From: Vicugna vicugna
Lineage: Eukaryota
Direction: 5' to 3'
Assembly: GCA_013265495.1 (NCBI GenBank)
Contig: MU058718.1
Location: forward strand, 2,689,779 to 2,753,778
DNA length: 64,000 nucleotides
The position numbers were made by a program, and so were the translations under genes. Each line of letters opens with the position of its first letter. Position 1 is the first letter of the stretch. The notes below the pieces were generated by a model. The model was given only the letters and a program-made list of their open reading frames with translations. It did not search any database and had not been told where the DNA came from. Of this stretch, positions 1 to 13,300 are shown piece by piece.

Positions 1-415
1 CCTCGTTATATGCTCATTGTAACGTATTAGCACGCTAAATGACACATCCCCAGCGCCATGACACTTGATGATTACCATGACAACCAGAAAAGTCCACACA
101 AGGACTGAAAAACTCGAACAAGAACTGATTGGCTCCATCGCACCTGGAAGGAGGACAAGATGGTGGAAGCCTCTCATAACAGTCCACGTGGCCCGACCCC
201 AGTGGAGCTGTCCCGACTGCCCAGCTTGCCTAACAGCTCCCGACTCGAGCACCTTTTCCTCTCAGGAGCGCTTTTCTTCCATTTCCCCTTCTGAGCAATA
301 AGATCACTGTTCACTTCATCCCTCTGCCTCTGCTGTGCGAATTCTTTCACAGTTGGTGGCAAGACCTCACACTTTGGCGGGCCTCCTAATTTAGGGGTCC
401 CTCCATCTGCTAACA
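1..415 (+). mobile_element. MER41-like ERV1 LTR, 3' part (cut by window edge)
   Basis: tatgctcattgtaacgtattagcacgctaaatgacacatcccccagcgccatgaca resembles the MER41 core. It has a poly(A)-signal-like aataag and ends in ...gctaaca. No primer-binding site follows. Confidence 0.6.
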
Positions 416-859
416 GAAGCCTCCACTGCCATTCACGCACCCTGCTTCTGACCCTTGGAGGGTCATGGGGCTCTGAGATCACAAGGGAACAGATGCTAGA
501 AAGGGAGGGATTTCCCCCTCCTGCAAGTCCTGAAGATAAAAGAAACCCTGGACCTTCCCTGATAAATCGCCCTTCTTGGTTTTCCTTGTGCAGGAACTAT
601 TTTCCGTGCCAGGTGAATACTTTCTAGGTCCCAAATGAATACAGTGAAGAAAAGGTTAAGTACTGTCAAGGAAGATTCGCGGGTTTCTTCATTCTAGAAA
701 AATGATTCAGAAGATTGAAGTTTACAAACAATCTGCTTATTCTATAAATAAGATCAGATTCAGAACTTTTCTTATCACCTCCCTCTGAGGTACTTGCACT
801 CCAAATTGTACTATAAGACAGTAAATTGGAGGTAAATTTTTGCAAATCAAGACAGATGC

Positions 860-1460
860 AGGTCCATGTCCTTGATTTCCCACTTAACAGCAGCAGGGAC
901 TTTGGGAAATGTCAGCCTTTCTAAATTCCTTGTCTATAAAATGGAGGAGAATTAGAGCGCCCCCAGTGCAGAGCCAGTGTCAAGGGCTTGGATGCAGTTA
1001 GTTTACTAGGGCTGGTGGTGAGGGTGATCTCAGAAAGCAGAAATGTAGGAGGAAAGAAAATGAAACAGATATGGAGGAAAAGCCAGTATGATGTGTTATT
1101 GGGCTGGTTACTATTCTGGTCAATTGAGACTCAGGCTTGCCAGAGACCCTCTGAGAAATCCTACGAGTGTACCCCCGAATCATCCTCTGAAAGGTGGGCG
1201 CCTGAGATATTTATCCAGACTCTCATCCTCATTGGTTGTGGACTGCCCACCCCCCCGGGGGAAGAATGAGTCATCACTATAGCTGTGGCTGAAATCAGAA
1301 GTGGGTCACTGGATGTGACATGAGTCCAAAGATGTCTGCTCTGGGAAATCAGTAATGTCCATGTTGTAGAGTTACTGTGAGAATTAAATGCAAGGGTGTC
1401 TATACAATGTTTAGCATCATGCTTGGCACATAGTTAAGTGCCTACTGAGTGTTCACTCTA
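860..1460. mobile_element. MIR SINE split by an LTR16-like ERVL LTR (~960-1345)
   Basis: MIR core (tctataaaatgg ... gtgagaattaaatg ... tggcacatag) flanks LTR16-like sequence (atttatccagactctcatcctcattggttg). Confidence 0.55.
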
Positions 1461-1671
1461 TGTTTGCTGTCACTGTAATTATCATCATCACTGTCATGAT
1501 TTTTACCTTTGCACTTTCTTGAATGAAAAGGACAGGGGTACATTTATGGCTTAGGGGCTCCAGGAATGACGCATAGCCCACAGCCGGTCTCCTTTATACC
1601 ATGATTACCTTGCCCTGTGGCCAACTGTTATGATTATTATGGGTTATTATAGTATTTTTGCTTCCTCCCTT

Positions 1672-1695
1672 TGTGTGTGTGTGTGTGTGTGTGTG
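1672..1695 (+). repeat. (TG)12 microsatellite
   Basis: Seen directly. Confidence 0.95.
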
Positions 1696-1834
1696 TTGTC
1701 AAAATTTGGGTACAAGAAGGCATATTCTGTCATTTGCATGGGGTGGAAGAAAGGCTGCTCACCATCACTCTGCAGCAGCCCTGGCCAAACTTCCCCGAAA
1801 TGATGGGAAGTTTCTCTGTCTCTGACGTCCATTC

Positions 1835-1970
1835 CACTGGGCCCTAGCTGCACGTGGCACCTGGGCACTTGAAATATGGTTAGTGGGGCGGAGGAACTGA
1901 ATTTTTTCATTTTATTCAATTCTAGTTAATTTAAATCTAAATTTTAAAAGCTACATGTGGACACAGTGGA
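1835..1970. mobile_element. MER3/MER33-like hAT-Charlie fragment
   Basis: gcacttgaaatatggttagtg...gaggaactgaatttt...gctacatgtgg. Confidence 0.55.
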
Positions 1971-3084
1971 GGGCAATTAGAGATGGTGTTCTCAGTGGAT
2001 AATGGAATGGACCCCTTCCCTGGGGCTGAAATTAAGGTAATGCAGTCAGCAGTGTATTTCCTCTGGCCCCTGGGCCCACAGGGGCCCCAAAATCTCACAT
2101 CCAGGTTGGAAAGGGGCAATATCTTCTAGGCCAAGGGGCTGCCAGCTAAAGAGAATGAAGTCATGGGGCCCTTGAGCAGGAATTAGTCGGAGGAGAAGAG
2201 GCCACAAGCTCCCTGCAGCTTGGTCCAACCTTCCATGCACAGAGCTGACTGCTGACCATCGTGCGGGGAGAACTTGGTTCTCGCTGCCTGTGGCAAGCTC
2301 ACTAGACCAGTTTTTACAGTTATGCCCCTGCCTTGTCCCATTTCTCTGCGGGCATCTGTCCCGTGCTCAACCCATCAACAACCACTGCAGAGTACTTACT
2401 GTGTTCCCAAGTGCTGTGCTAGGTACTGAGTCACCGAGGAGCATTAAAGAAGGGCCTGTGCAGCTGGTGTTCTCTACTCCCTGGAAAACTATAGCTTACC
2501 CCGAGAGACCAGATTCTCCCCTCTTTGGATTGGTAATCCACCTCTGCCCTCCTCCCCTCAGCTTCCTGTGTCCTAGAACTTCTCACTGTGAGATAATTAC
2601 CATTTATGTGTCTGCTTCCTCCACTAAACCACGAGCTCCACAAAGGCAGGGCCCGCGGTGTCTACCTTAGCATAAGCCTCCAACATAGTCAAATGCTAAG
2701 TTGTTTGGCACCGATGATAAGGGTTGAACAAGGAAAGTGACAGGTTAAGTCCCCAAGTCATTGACAGACAGCATGGAATTCAGACTGGGCTCAAAAATGA
2801 GATTTGTTTACTTGGGGAGTTGAGTGATGGCTTTCCGAGGAGGTCACCTCCTAAGCAGATGCATGGAGGTAGGATAGAAGATGTTAGATTTACAGGAGGC
2901 AGGATGAACCAGGGGAGTGTTTAGGAGAAAAAGTAGGAATAGTTGTGTGGGCTTGACTTCCCAGGGCCTTGCCAGCCAGGCAGTTGCAAGTGTATCTGAT
3001 AGGTTGACAGAAGCACTGGGAGCCAGATTACTCTGAGATGCTAGGTGTGGTGAGGTCTGAGTTACATCAGTGAGTCTGGCAAGA

Positions 3085-3565
3085 TGTGGTTGGCACCAGT
3101 TATTTTTGCCCTTTACCTTTCTCTAGTACAAGTACTTCAATGTCCTTGGAAACTCCGTCCTGCCCATGTGGTGCAGTGACCCTACCTCTATGCCCAGGTT
3201 CAGGGATGAGTGGGTACATGAATAAGATCCAGCCAACAAAAGTCTTAGGAAGTGTCTCAGGGATACAGCCAGAGACTTTCACTGGAGCTGCTGTTATCTT
3301 TCTTCGGTCATTGTTAAACGGGTGAGATGTAAGCCTGGAGCTGCTGACACTCTCCTGATGCTTCAGGGAAAGAGCCTGTATGAGAATTAAACCAGCACAG
3401 AGGAAATCAAGAGTCAAGAGAATAAAGAGATGTCTGATGAGATCATCTGAGCACCTGGATCCAGCCGAACCTGAAGTGGACCCTATTTCTGGGCTCTTCC
3501 GCTTTAGCCAGTTTCAGCTAGGTTCCTGCCACCAGCAACCAAGAGAGTCCTGCTTATGAATACTC
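3085..3565 (+). mobile_element. Old MLT1 (MaLR) solo LTR
   Basis: tgagcacctggatccagcc and the terminal gccagtttcagctaggtt...gcaaccaagagagtcctg motif. Confidence 0.6.
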
Positions 3566-4504
3566 AGGGGTAAGTGGGATGGCTTAGAGTGGGAGGAGAT
3601 GAGAGTCGGGGGTGACAGCGGTGGGTCACGAGGTGAGAAGGAGTGATCTAGACTTTTCCTCTCCTCGAAAATTGTGCCAGTGGGGCATAGTGATTCTTCA
3701 TCACCTCTTCCTTCCTGATGCCCTTTACCTGCCTTCTTTCATTTGGCTTAGACAACTGTGTGAATCAGGTACACCTGACCCTTTTATAGCATGGAGAGTT
3801 AAAGGACTTGGCTAAGGTCACACAGAACCCTGGGGCTTCGTTCTCATTCTCTAGCTTATGCTGCATGGGCTCTTGCTTGTGCTCAGTATGCACTGAGGTC
3901 ACCAGGTACCATCTCTCTGTCACCTTGGGGTGGAGGTGCACCCCGCCTCCAGCTTCTTTCATCATGGACGTGGAGAAATAGTAGGAGTTCATACTGAGGA
4001 AAGGCCCGGGCGCTCGTGACCCTCTTCATTAAAAATAAATTCTGCCTGAGTCTCCTGGTTCTAAATAGAAGAAAATGTAGATTTGGGGCAGAACCGAAGG
4101 GAAAGGGATTTCCCTTGGCAAATTATTTGCAATTTGTGGATTGGAGCTGACCCAGCTCCAATTCCCACGTCATCATGAGCGCTGTCGAAAATGTGAGCAG
4201 CTTATTAAAGAACCAGAGCTGGAGGCAATCCTCCCCCGGGGGCCCAACAGAACAGGAGCACAGTTAAAACCCACCAGCCGCCTCCTCCCAGCGTCTCAGG
4301 TCCAGGAGCTGCTGAGAGTCTCAGCCACAGGTCACATGTTCACTCCAGGGCAGCCACTTCCTGTAGCTGTGGGAATAAGAGTCAGCATGTTTACAGTGAG
4401 TTTGTGCCTTTTGTGAGGCATAATGAAAAGCCAGCTGTCGCGAGTACTTAAATTAGTGGCCCTCAGCCTATAGCACGCAGCAGAGTGCATGTTCTTTCGC
4501 ACAA

Positions 4505-4612
4505 ATGCTAGCAGTTCTGAGTTTGGGGGGGCCCCAGTGTCTGCCTTTTTAATAGGCATTCCAGGTGATTCTGAAGCAGGTAACCCAGGGGCCACAGTCT
4601 GAGAAACAGTGA
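4505..4612. mobile_element. MER5-like hAT fragment
   Basis: ccaggtgattctgaagcagg...ccacagtctgagaaacagtg. Confidence 0.5.
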
Positions 4613-5214
4613 TGTAAGTGGAGGAATCCACAGACTCCAAGTGGTCCCTTCATCAGAGGTTTAAAGACGCTTCTGTGGCAGGCACACGTCCCAGGAGATC
4701 CAGCATCTCCTTCTTTACTAACAGGAGCGATTACTAGCATCATGTGAGGGACATACAGAGGGCTTTCTTGACTCAGAATATCTCCGAGGAGCTGTGAATG
4801 TAGAGTGCTAAGTATTTACTTTCTCCAGTACTCCTTTCAAGTCACGAGAGCTTATGGAAAAGAGCCCTTCTGCGTTCATTTTGTTGTTGTTGTTGTTGTA
4901 AAGGAAAAGTCCCGCTGCGGCACACCTACAGCATGTTCACGTGCAAGTGCAGCTCACCTGTCCTCACGGCCCACCCAGCCTGCCAGAGCCTGGATCCTTC
5001 CATCAAACTTTCTCTGCCTCCCTCAGGGAGAAAGGCTTTTAAAGACAGTTTTTCCTTCCTTAGGTGCCTCTATTAACCTAACCCTAAAGAAAATCCATGA
5101 ATTCCTGTTGCTTCATGCATCTTGTTACATGTCAGCATCTTTCTCAAATTAACCACAGAATGGATGGGTGAGGTGGTCCACAGGCCTTCACAATAAAATC
5201 AACTGCATATGAAA

Positions 5215-8200
5215 TGAATCTGAAAATTCCATTTATTAAAACAAATACATTGTCCACATGGGATGAAAATGTACACATCACATTCAGGTTCTTCTGCTTT
5301 AACATTTCTGTATTCCCTTCTCTTTGAAAGACACACTCCATAGATCTCAAATAGGAAAAATGGGAACAATTCTCGAGCTGGGAAAACATTAATGTATATG
5401 TAACAATTCACCATTGCCAGGAGCAGCTAGAAGCAAATATTAAAAAAAAAAAGTACAAAATCCCCTAAGACAGCATGCTTGGTTTCTCAAAATTCCTTCT
5501 GAGAATAGGAGAGTATGGAGAAATAGTTTTTAATTTTTCCTTGGTAAGCAATCTCTTTCAAATATTATTAGCAAAATTAGCCTCAGTTCAAAGTACTGAT
5601 TCGCAACCTCTGGCTTAAATTAAATAGCACTTGGTTTAAAATAGAAAGAAAAAAAAAGAAAGCAGATTTAATATTGAGGATGATGAAGACTGTTTTTTTT
5701 CTTAACAGAGTTTGCATTATAAATACAATGGTTATTACTACTGTTTAATGAGTTCCATGGCAGATTTTCATTACTATCCAATATATTACATACATAAATT
5801 AGGGCCTTGAATGATTGAGCTAAGTTTTCCTATTGGTTAACCTTTAAGATAAAATTATGCTGGTGAAAATGATTGTAAAATTTCTAAAAGAATTAAAACT
5901 CTTTAGAGGCATAAGTCATCAAAAAGTTATTTCCCTCTTAACAAGTAAAACTACCAGTAAGTCAAATCTCATATAAAAACTCTGGCATTATAATTCCATA
6001 AAGTAGGACATGAAATTATGAAAAAGCTAACACATTTTTCTTAAACTTAATATCTGATGGCTGTGTATTTTCTGCCTTCTTTCCCCTTTGATAAACAAGG
6101 TCAAATGCAATTTGGAACTTCCTTAACTTTTAATTACCAGAGTTGTATTCCTAAAAGTTTTAATGCCATTTTAATTGCTCCAAACATCTAGATTTACATG
6201 AAAATACAAAGAGGCCTTCTGAGAAAAATAAATGGATTATGGATTATGAAAAGCATCAGGGTCTTATAATAATGCCTTCATCACCACCAAAGGGTGCTTT
6301 ATTCACAGTTGTTTTTATGTGACCACATACTCAATTCATATTTTTGCTCATTTGAAAAACGTGGTTGGGTTTTAACTGATTCCACAGTATTACTAAGCCA
6401 ATGGTACAATACCGTAGTTTAATACTCTGCCAAGGTTTTTTCCCCTCTAAATCTTCATCAGTGTCCCATGACCGTAACAAAATCCCAAGGTTTGAACAGA
6501 AGTATCTGGTTACAGAAGTGCATTCATACATTTCACAGTGTCTCCCTAGGCATGAGTTTTAATTGGATGTATTGATTCTTTTACCATTATGCTCATACAA
6601 GGAGCTAAGGAAAATATTAATCAAGTCTGTTTCAAGATCTGTCCTTGGCATATTAAGCCTTTTTCCCTTCCTTTCCACCTTTTTTTTTTTTTAATGGGAG
6701 GAAGAGAATGGAAAGAGAATAAAATTAATTCAGAAATGGACTTTTGGGATTTCGAAGCAAACAAGGAGCTGTAAAAGAGCCCTCATTTGCCTAGGAATGA
6801 CACAGAAAAAAGTGAGAAGGACTTCCAGGGCCTCCCATTACCGGTGGAGGAAAGAGCCACAAAGAAATGTCACTTTCAACATCATCTCTTGGGGAGAGAG
6901 AACTCAAGTTGCAAGGGCGTTGTAAATAAAGACAGAGCGACTCTAATAAAGCGGAGAAAAACAAAGCAAAGGTTCTACTAAAACTTTTGTTCAGTGAAAA
7001 CCAAAGGCCATCTCAGGGGCAAAAACAAAACTAGAACCCTTCGTGGTGGAGCTGCTGCGGGGCGGCACCTGCCCCCTTCTCCCTGGTGGGTGAATAGCCG
7101 GGATACTGAGAGTAGGGGCTAGTCTGGAGTCGTTCGGATATTTCTCCTGCTACTTCAACGAATGAGGGCCACGTTTCTTTCTCGCTAAGAAGAGCACACA
7201 AAGCCTTCCCTCAGTCTAATTTCTGTGATTCAGGGAAAACGAATTTGCTCTTACTCTGCGACAAAAGCATTTCCCAACTAAGGGTGAATCCTTGCCTCTG
7301 CTGCTTGGCGTTACCTGGGCTGCCCTGGGTCCTGAATAAAATCAAAATGCTTTGGATGCTGGAAAATACATCAAGGAGGCCACCGTTGACTCAACCGTTA
7401 ACTCGGAGGTATTTTAGGCAAGGCTAAGGCTCTGAAGTAACCTCAATTTCCAAGATACTGAGTGTTTTCCTCCCCAGCTTCATGTCTCTCATTCCTTTTC
7501 CAAACTTTATAGTAAAACAACGAAACTTCTGAATGGATGTAACATAGGGACATTTTCATGCAGTATTACTCAAAAACTGTCACAAATATATGAAAGCACC
7601 AGTCACAACACAGGATTTACTTTTACTTGCAGAATCAAAGCTATCATGTACAAATGTTAGGAATAGTGATAAAAGAACACAGACAACCGGCATTTGCTGT
7701 TATTATTACAATGAGGATAAACCACGGGGAACATCTCCCTAAACCCTTTGGGTGATCATCCTTGGAGTTCAGTTTTACACACAAGTCCAGCCTTATCCCT
7801 TCACTACTCTAATGGGGGTGGGGGATGGAAGGAGGGGCAGGAGAGAAGGGAAAAAGAAAAAGGCACAACGACAAAACATCAATGCCATTACACCGAACCG
7901 CGGCGACACTGGACGACTCAGCTTGTCAGAGGGTATTCTAAAGGCAATATTCATTCCAAGGTCATACATATCTTAGCTCAGTACAGCTGTCTGTTTTAAT
8001 TTTAATTTTTTTTTTTAAATATGAAGCAGGAACATAAGGTTTGGGGAGGGAGCGGGAAAGAAATGACACCGATTTTATCTTTACACATTCCCCTCCTCCA
8101 GGCAGCTCTGCAGACATCAGATCTCTTAACTCGGGGTGTGGATCAACTTCTTTAAACATGCATAGCCTGGAGTTTCCAGGATGGTTCTCCTCCCTCTCTT

Positions 8201-8293
8201 TAAATGCTGTGGACTAGAAAGGCGCCCACTTTGCTAAAAACTCTACATCAGTGTCCCTGGAGCCCCGAGGCTCTTCAGGCCCCACTCGAAGAC
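5215..8293 (-). other. GNG2: GNG2 3' UTR (~3.1 kb); distal end approximate
   Basis: Repeat-poor, AT-rich sequence follows the stop codon up to an AATAAA with a U-rich downstream element. Confidence 0.75.
5232..5237 (-). terminator. Probable distal polyadenylation signal AATAAA of GNG2
   Basis: tttatt on +. Downstream on - reads ttttcagattcatttcatatgcagttgattttattgtg (U/GU-rich). Confidence 0.65.
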
Positions 8294-8494
<201 letters not shown>

Positions 8495-9851
8495 TCAAGG
8501 CTCGGGCTTGGATGTCCAACTGCCCAGGTTCAAGCGAAGCAAGATGCTCATCTTCCATAAGCCTCTGTTTCCTCATGTGTGAAGAAGGGAGGATTGTTGA
8601 AAGCAGATCCGTGATTAGGGTGAGGTGAGGGAGGCACGGAGGGCACCACACTGCAGGAGGCGCTCATGGCCAGGGCCATGCAAGTATCAACACCATAGTT
8701 GTACAGCCCCTAGAGTGGGTGTCTCCTTAAATTCTGTGTGCCAGGTGGGTCGCTTCCCTCATCCTGGTCCCAGACCTGGCAGCAAGGATTAAATGAGATA
8801 ATCCACGTAAATCATTTAGTGCCTGGCACAGAGTAAGCCTTCTAGGCATTGCTGTCATGCTGGAGCTGTGCCCCTCTCTTCAGGAACTGTGCTAGGGACG
8901 CCTAAAGCCATGCTGATCTCCTCTTTCCCATTTCTCACATTTTTGTCGCTCCTTGTTGGGAGTCGCTGGGGTACCTTTCCTCCACAGTAGCAAATTTTCA
9001 CTGCTTAGGGCAGATTTAATTTTGGGAAATAAATGACAAGTCATTTGTAACCACATCTGCGAACTAAGTGCATGATCCATTTGGGGTCAAAAAACCATGA
9101 AGTCAATAGTCAGTTTCTTCTATGACATAATACACTTGCTCTGGAATTTTCACTCCAAAATTTTTCCACATCAGCGTACTAGTACAATGGCCTCTTGAAG
9201 TGACTACTGAAAAGATAATCCTCTGTTAAGAATGGGGAGATTGTATTATTGCTAAAAAGATTCACTGCCCCTCCTTCTGTGAGGATTACACATACCCACA
9301 CAATGACACCAGACTTGCTCTGGCCAACGAGATGTGAACAGAAGTGATGTGGGTTACTTTGGGGCAGAAGCTTCAACAACCAATGCATAGTGTGCCATGT
9401 TCTTTTCCCTTTGCCACTTTGTCCAACTGAAATAATTTATTGTGAACCAACCTTAGGTGATTCAGAGGTTTTAATAAAACGTAGTGGTCATCCTTCTGAT
9501 TTGTTCCTTGTCCCAGGATTGAGTTGATTAGAACTTTTGTCACTTAAAGGCTTTTCGACTTTATAGTTTATTGGTTGGAAATGAGAATCAATTGCATCTT
9601 CTAATCCCATTAATCTTTGGATTTTTGGACTCTATGTTCCCTTTGTCTCAGACCAGATAGAGGCAATATTCCAGGTAGAGGTTACTTGCAGGTAAAATGA
9701 TGTGGAGTGGCAGTTGACTGTAATGGACACGTGGTGGAAGAAGTTTATCTTTGTTGTCACAGGCCCCCAAGAATGGGAGGAGAGGGCCTTTTGTTACTGC
9801 AGCAAAACCTAGTCTACCCTGACTGATATAAAGAGGTACAGGTATTGATAT

Positions 9852-10318
9852 GTGTGTTATTGTTTCCTCTGTCTGCCTCAGCAAAACCCAAACTAGGTGG
9901 CTTAAAATAACCAACAATTATTCTCTCACAGTAAGTGCTAGAGGCTAGAAGTTTGAAATCAAAGCGTCAACAGGGTTGGTTCCTACTGGAGGCTCTGAGG
10001 GGGGAATCTGTTCCAAGATCCTCAGCTAGAGCCTGGTGGTTGCTGGCAATCCTTGGTGTAACCTGGCTTGTCAATATCACTCCACTCTCTGCCTCCACCT
10101 TCACATGGCCTTCACATGGTGTCTGTCTTCACCTGGCATTCTCCTCAGCGTCTATGTCCAAATACTCTACCCACCAGTCACTGGATCTGGCCACTCGAAT
10201 CCAGTATGACCTCTTCTTAACTTGATTATCTCTACATACACCCTACTTCCAAATAAGGTAACAGTCTAAAGTTCTAGGTGGGCATCAACTTTAGGGGACA
10301 CTATTCAGCCCAGTACAG
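9852..10318 (-). mobile_element. MLT1B/C/D-type MaLR solo LTR
   Basis: accacaaactaggtggcttaaaa...attctctcacag...ggacactattcagcccagtaca. Confidence 0.75.
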
Positions 10319-10384
10319 TATATTTGTGTAAAAGTCACAATTTTTTAAAATTATAAATCATGTTTTATAGATCATTTTTATTTA

Positions 10385-13300
10385 TCTTTTTTTTCCAGTT
10401 TTATTGAGATATGTGACATACTACCTTGTGTGAGTTTAAGGTTTACAGTGTAATGATCGGATACATTTCTATACTGTCAAATGATTACCAAAGGAGGGTT
10501 AGTTAACACCTCCATCACTTCACATAATTATTTTTCATTTTATTGTGGTGAGAACATTCAAGATTTACTCTCTTAGCAACTTTCAAGTATATAATACAGT
10601 ATTGTAATCACAGTCAACAGACTGTACATTAGAACTTACTCATCTTACAACTGAAAGTTTGTATATTTTTTTTGACTGCCATCTCCCCATATTCCTCAAC
10701 CCTCAGGCCCTGGCAAACACCATTTTACTCTGTTTCTATAAGTTCAGCTTTTTTAGATTCCACACATAGGTAACATCATTCAGTATTCATCTTTCTCTAA
10801 TATCTCACTTAACATAATGCCCTCAAAGTCCACCCATGTTGCAAATGGCAGAATATCCTTCTTTCTCATGGCTGAATAATATTCCACTGTAAATATATAA
10901 CACATCTTCTTTATTCATTCATCCACAGATGGGCATTTAGGTAGTTGCCACATTTTGACTATTGTGAATAGAGCTGCAATGAATATGCAAGTATAGGCAT
11001 CTCTTTGAGATCCTGATTTGATATATGTATAGTTATGAAATAAAAATAAAAATGAAAACAAATAAATATACATACATATAGCAAAAGTAGGACTGCTGGA
11101 CCCTATGGTAATTTTTAATTTTTTGAGGAAACTCTGCACTGTTTTTCATAGTGGGCCAGGCCAATTTACATTCCCACCAACAGTGCACAAGGGTTCCCTT
11201 CTCTCCATATCCTTACTAACACTTGTTACTGCTCATTAGAAATGAGTGTGAAGGGATATCTCATTTTGATTTTAATTTGCATTTCCCTGATTAGTGGTGT
11301 TGAGTTCTCTTTTCACATACCTGTTAAACATTTATGTCTTCTTTGGAATAATGTCTCTTCAGCTCCTCTGCCCATATTTTAATCAGATTGTTTCCTTGTG
11401 TGAGTTTTTTAATATAAATACCTTTGGATATTAACCCCTTATCAGATACAAGATTTGCAAATATTTTCTCCCATTCCATAGGTTACCTTTTCATTTTGTT
11501 GACTGTGACTTTTGCTGTGTGGAAGCTTTTTAGTTTTGTGTAGTCCCACATAATTACTTTTGCTTCTTTTGCATGTGCTTTTGGTGTCATATCCAAGAAA
11601 TCACTGCCAAGACCACTGTCAAGGAGCTTACTCCCTATCTTTTCCTCTAGAAGTTTTACAGTTTTAGGTCTTACATTGAAGCCTTTGATCCAATTTGAGT
11701 TAGTTTTTGTGACTGAAATAAGGCAAGGGTCCAATTTCACTCTGTTGTATGTGATTATCCAATTTTCCCAGAACCATTTATTGAAGAGACTATCCTTGTC
11801 CTATTAAACATTTTGGCTCCTTTATCAAATATTAGCTGATGGTATATGCTAGGGTTTATTTCTGGGCTCTTGATTCTGTTCCATTGTTCTATAGGGCTAT
11901 ATTGAATGCCATACTGTTTTGATTACTATAGCTTTGTAATATAGTTTGAAATTAGGAAGTGGATGACTTCAGCTTTGTTCCTCTTTCTCAGGATTGCTTT
12001 GGCTATCTGGGGTCTTTTGTGGTTCCATATGAATGCTATAATTAAAATTTTTTATTTTTGTGAGAAATGCCATTGGGATTTTGATAGAGACTGCACTGAA
12101 TGGCTTTGGGTAGTATGGACATTTTAACAGTATTAATTATTCTGACCCATGAACACAGTATATCTTTCCATCTATGTCTTCTTTAATTTCTTTCATCAAA
12201 GATCTTATACTTTTCAGAGTATGGATGTTTCAAATCCTTGTGTAAATTTATTCCTAAGTATTTTGTTCTTGATGCTACTGTGAATGGGATTTTTATTTCT
12301 TTTTCAGCTATTTCATTCTTAGGGTATATAAACACAAGTGATTTTTGTATGTTGATTATTTTATCCTGCTACTTTACTCAATTAATTCATTAGTTCTAAC
12401 AGGGTTTTTGTTTTGTTTTGTTTTGTTTTTTGGTGAAATTTTTAGGATTTTCTCTATATAAGATCATATTATCTGTGAACAGAGACAATTTTACTTCCAT
12501 TACTATTTGGATGTCTTTCTTTTATTTTTTTCTTCCTTGATTGTTCTGGCTAGAACTTCCAGGACTACGTTGAATAGAAGTTGTGAGAGTGGGTACCCTT
12601 GTCTTATTTCTGATCTTACAGGAAAAGCTTTTAATCTTTCACCATTGAGTAGGTTGTTAGCTGCAGGCTTGTTATACTTAGAATTTATTATGTTGAGGTA
12701 CATTCCTTCTATACCAAATGTGTTGAGAGTTTTTTTTTAAATCATGAAAGGATGTTTTATTTTGTTAAATTTTCTTTCTGCATCTATTGAGATGATCATA
12801 TGATTTTTATCTTTTATTCTATTAGCATGATGTATCACGTTTATTGATTTGTATACATTTCACCATCCTTGTAACTCAGGGATAAATCACACTTGTTTGC
12901 AGTGTATGATTCTTTTAATGTGCTACTGAATTTGCTTGCTAATATTTTGTTGGGAATTTTAGCATTCATATTTTGTCAGGGATATGGACTTACAGTTTAC
13001 ACTTCTTGTAGTGTCCTTATCTGGCTTTGGTGTCAGGGTAATGCTGGCCTTGTAAAATGAGTTTGGGAGTGTTCCCTCCTCTTCAACTTTTTGGAAGAGT
13101 TTAAGAATTGGCATTAATTTTTTAAATGTTTGGTAGAATACATGAGGAAAGCTATCTGGTCCTGAGATTTTCTTTGTTGGAAAGCTTTTGATTACTGATT
13201 CGATCTCCTTGCTAATAATTGACCTGTTCAGATTTTCTATTTCTTCATGTTTCAGTCATGGTAGGTTGCATGTTTCTAGAAACTTATCCACGTCTTTTAG

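Noticed and set aside
7995..8020. ATTAAA next to an A-run on the mRNA strand as a proximal poly(A) site
   Set aside because: The genomic A-tract would cause oligo-dT internal priming, so a real site cannot be supported from sequence.
10915..12740. ORFs with reverse-transcriptase similarity
   Set aside because: These are fragments of a broken L1 ORF2, not a functional or novel RT system.
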